Source of the DNA: Camelus dromedarius
Taxonomy: Eukaryota
Assembly: GCF_036321535.1 (NCBI RefSeq)
Contig: NC_087437.1
Span: forward strand, 113,834,001 to 113,898,000
Direction: 5' to 3'
Length of the DNA stretch: 64,000 bases
Each line of letters begins with the position of its first letter. The first letter of the stretch is position 1. The notes under the pieces were generated by a model. The model was not told the origin of the DNA and made no database searches. It saw only the letters and a list, made by a program, of their open reading frames with translations. Shown piece by piece: positions 63,413 to 64,000 of this stretch. The translations under genes were made by a program, and so were the position numbers.

Positions 63413-64000
63413 GGGCCGTGCATTGAGCCTCGTTAAGACAGAACTTGTTTTAAGGACTTCCTCATTGGATTTGTTCCCACTCTGGGTCTCACACACTGAT
63501 GGTGCCACCCTTGATTCAGGTGTCAGTAAAACAGCCCACGGAGTTCTTTAACTTGAACATTTCTGATGATCACAGAAGAACTGGGTCATTATTACTGGAC
63601 GCGCCACAAGAGGAAGTGTGTTTTATGCACCACATGGATTTACATGAAGTGCTCTATGTGGGGCATGGGACGAGTTCTGGGATGAGTCACCATTTTGTCG
63701 CCAGCAAGGAGTGGGAGAAGTGCTTTCCCAGGGAGACCCACAGAGCCGTCTTGGGGGAGGGTGATCTGGGGGTCTGCTGTTCCACACACTTTGTCCTCAG
63801 GCTGGATGGTTGTTCTGTGTTCCTCGCAGGATCCTCATATCTGGCCTTGCCTTTGCTTCCATCCAAGCTCAGAGACTCTCCTTCCTTCTTCCCAGGAGCG
63901 ACCAGATGCCTGCACCTGCAGCAGACTTGGTCCGCACGCCTTGTGAGGCTGGGGTTCTGCTTTGCCGGCTGTGTCAATGCTAGGGCTATTTTTGTGTTCC

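Overview
Eukaryotic, mammalian genomic DNA, most likely a camelid (alpaca, llama or camel). The assignment rests on a tRNA-derived Vic-1-like SINE at 24672 and camelid-style young L1 3' ends, with no ruminant Bov-A/tA, pig PRE-1 or primate Alu seen. I recognise no host protein-coding exon. The only real protein homology in the ORF track is to decayed LINE-1 ORF2. The window is intronic or intergenic and densely filled with transposon fossils (MIR, L2, old and young L1, MaLR/ERVL LTRs, hAT and Tigger elements), several nested with readable target-site duplications (TSDs), and three L1 copies show 5'-inversion (twin-priming) structure. Repeat-poor islands carry regulatory signatures: AP-1/ARE, CRE, ETS, NF-kB and YY1/CTCF-like motifs, plus a CpG-rich patch at 27.3-27.8 kb. 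A series of acceptor/donor pairs on the minus strand suggests a spliced non-coding transcript or a multi-exon 5'UTR with alternative promoters; this is inference only and I cannot name the gene. I found no convincing novel system. The best leads are the candidate minus-strand exon chain with a possible 67-aa uORF, a candidate L2-derived exon, and an unexplained CpG-retaining 450-bp segment at 38.0-38.46 kb. Repeat subfamily names are from memory of consensus sequences, and boundaries are approximate unless TSDs are given.
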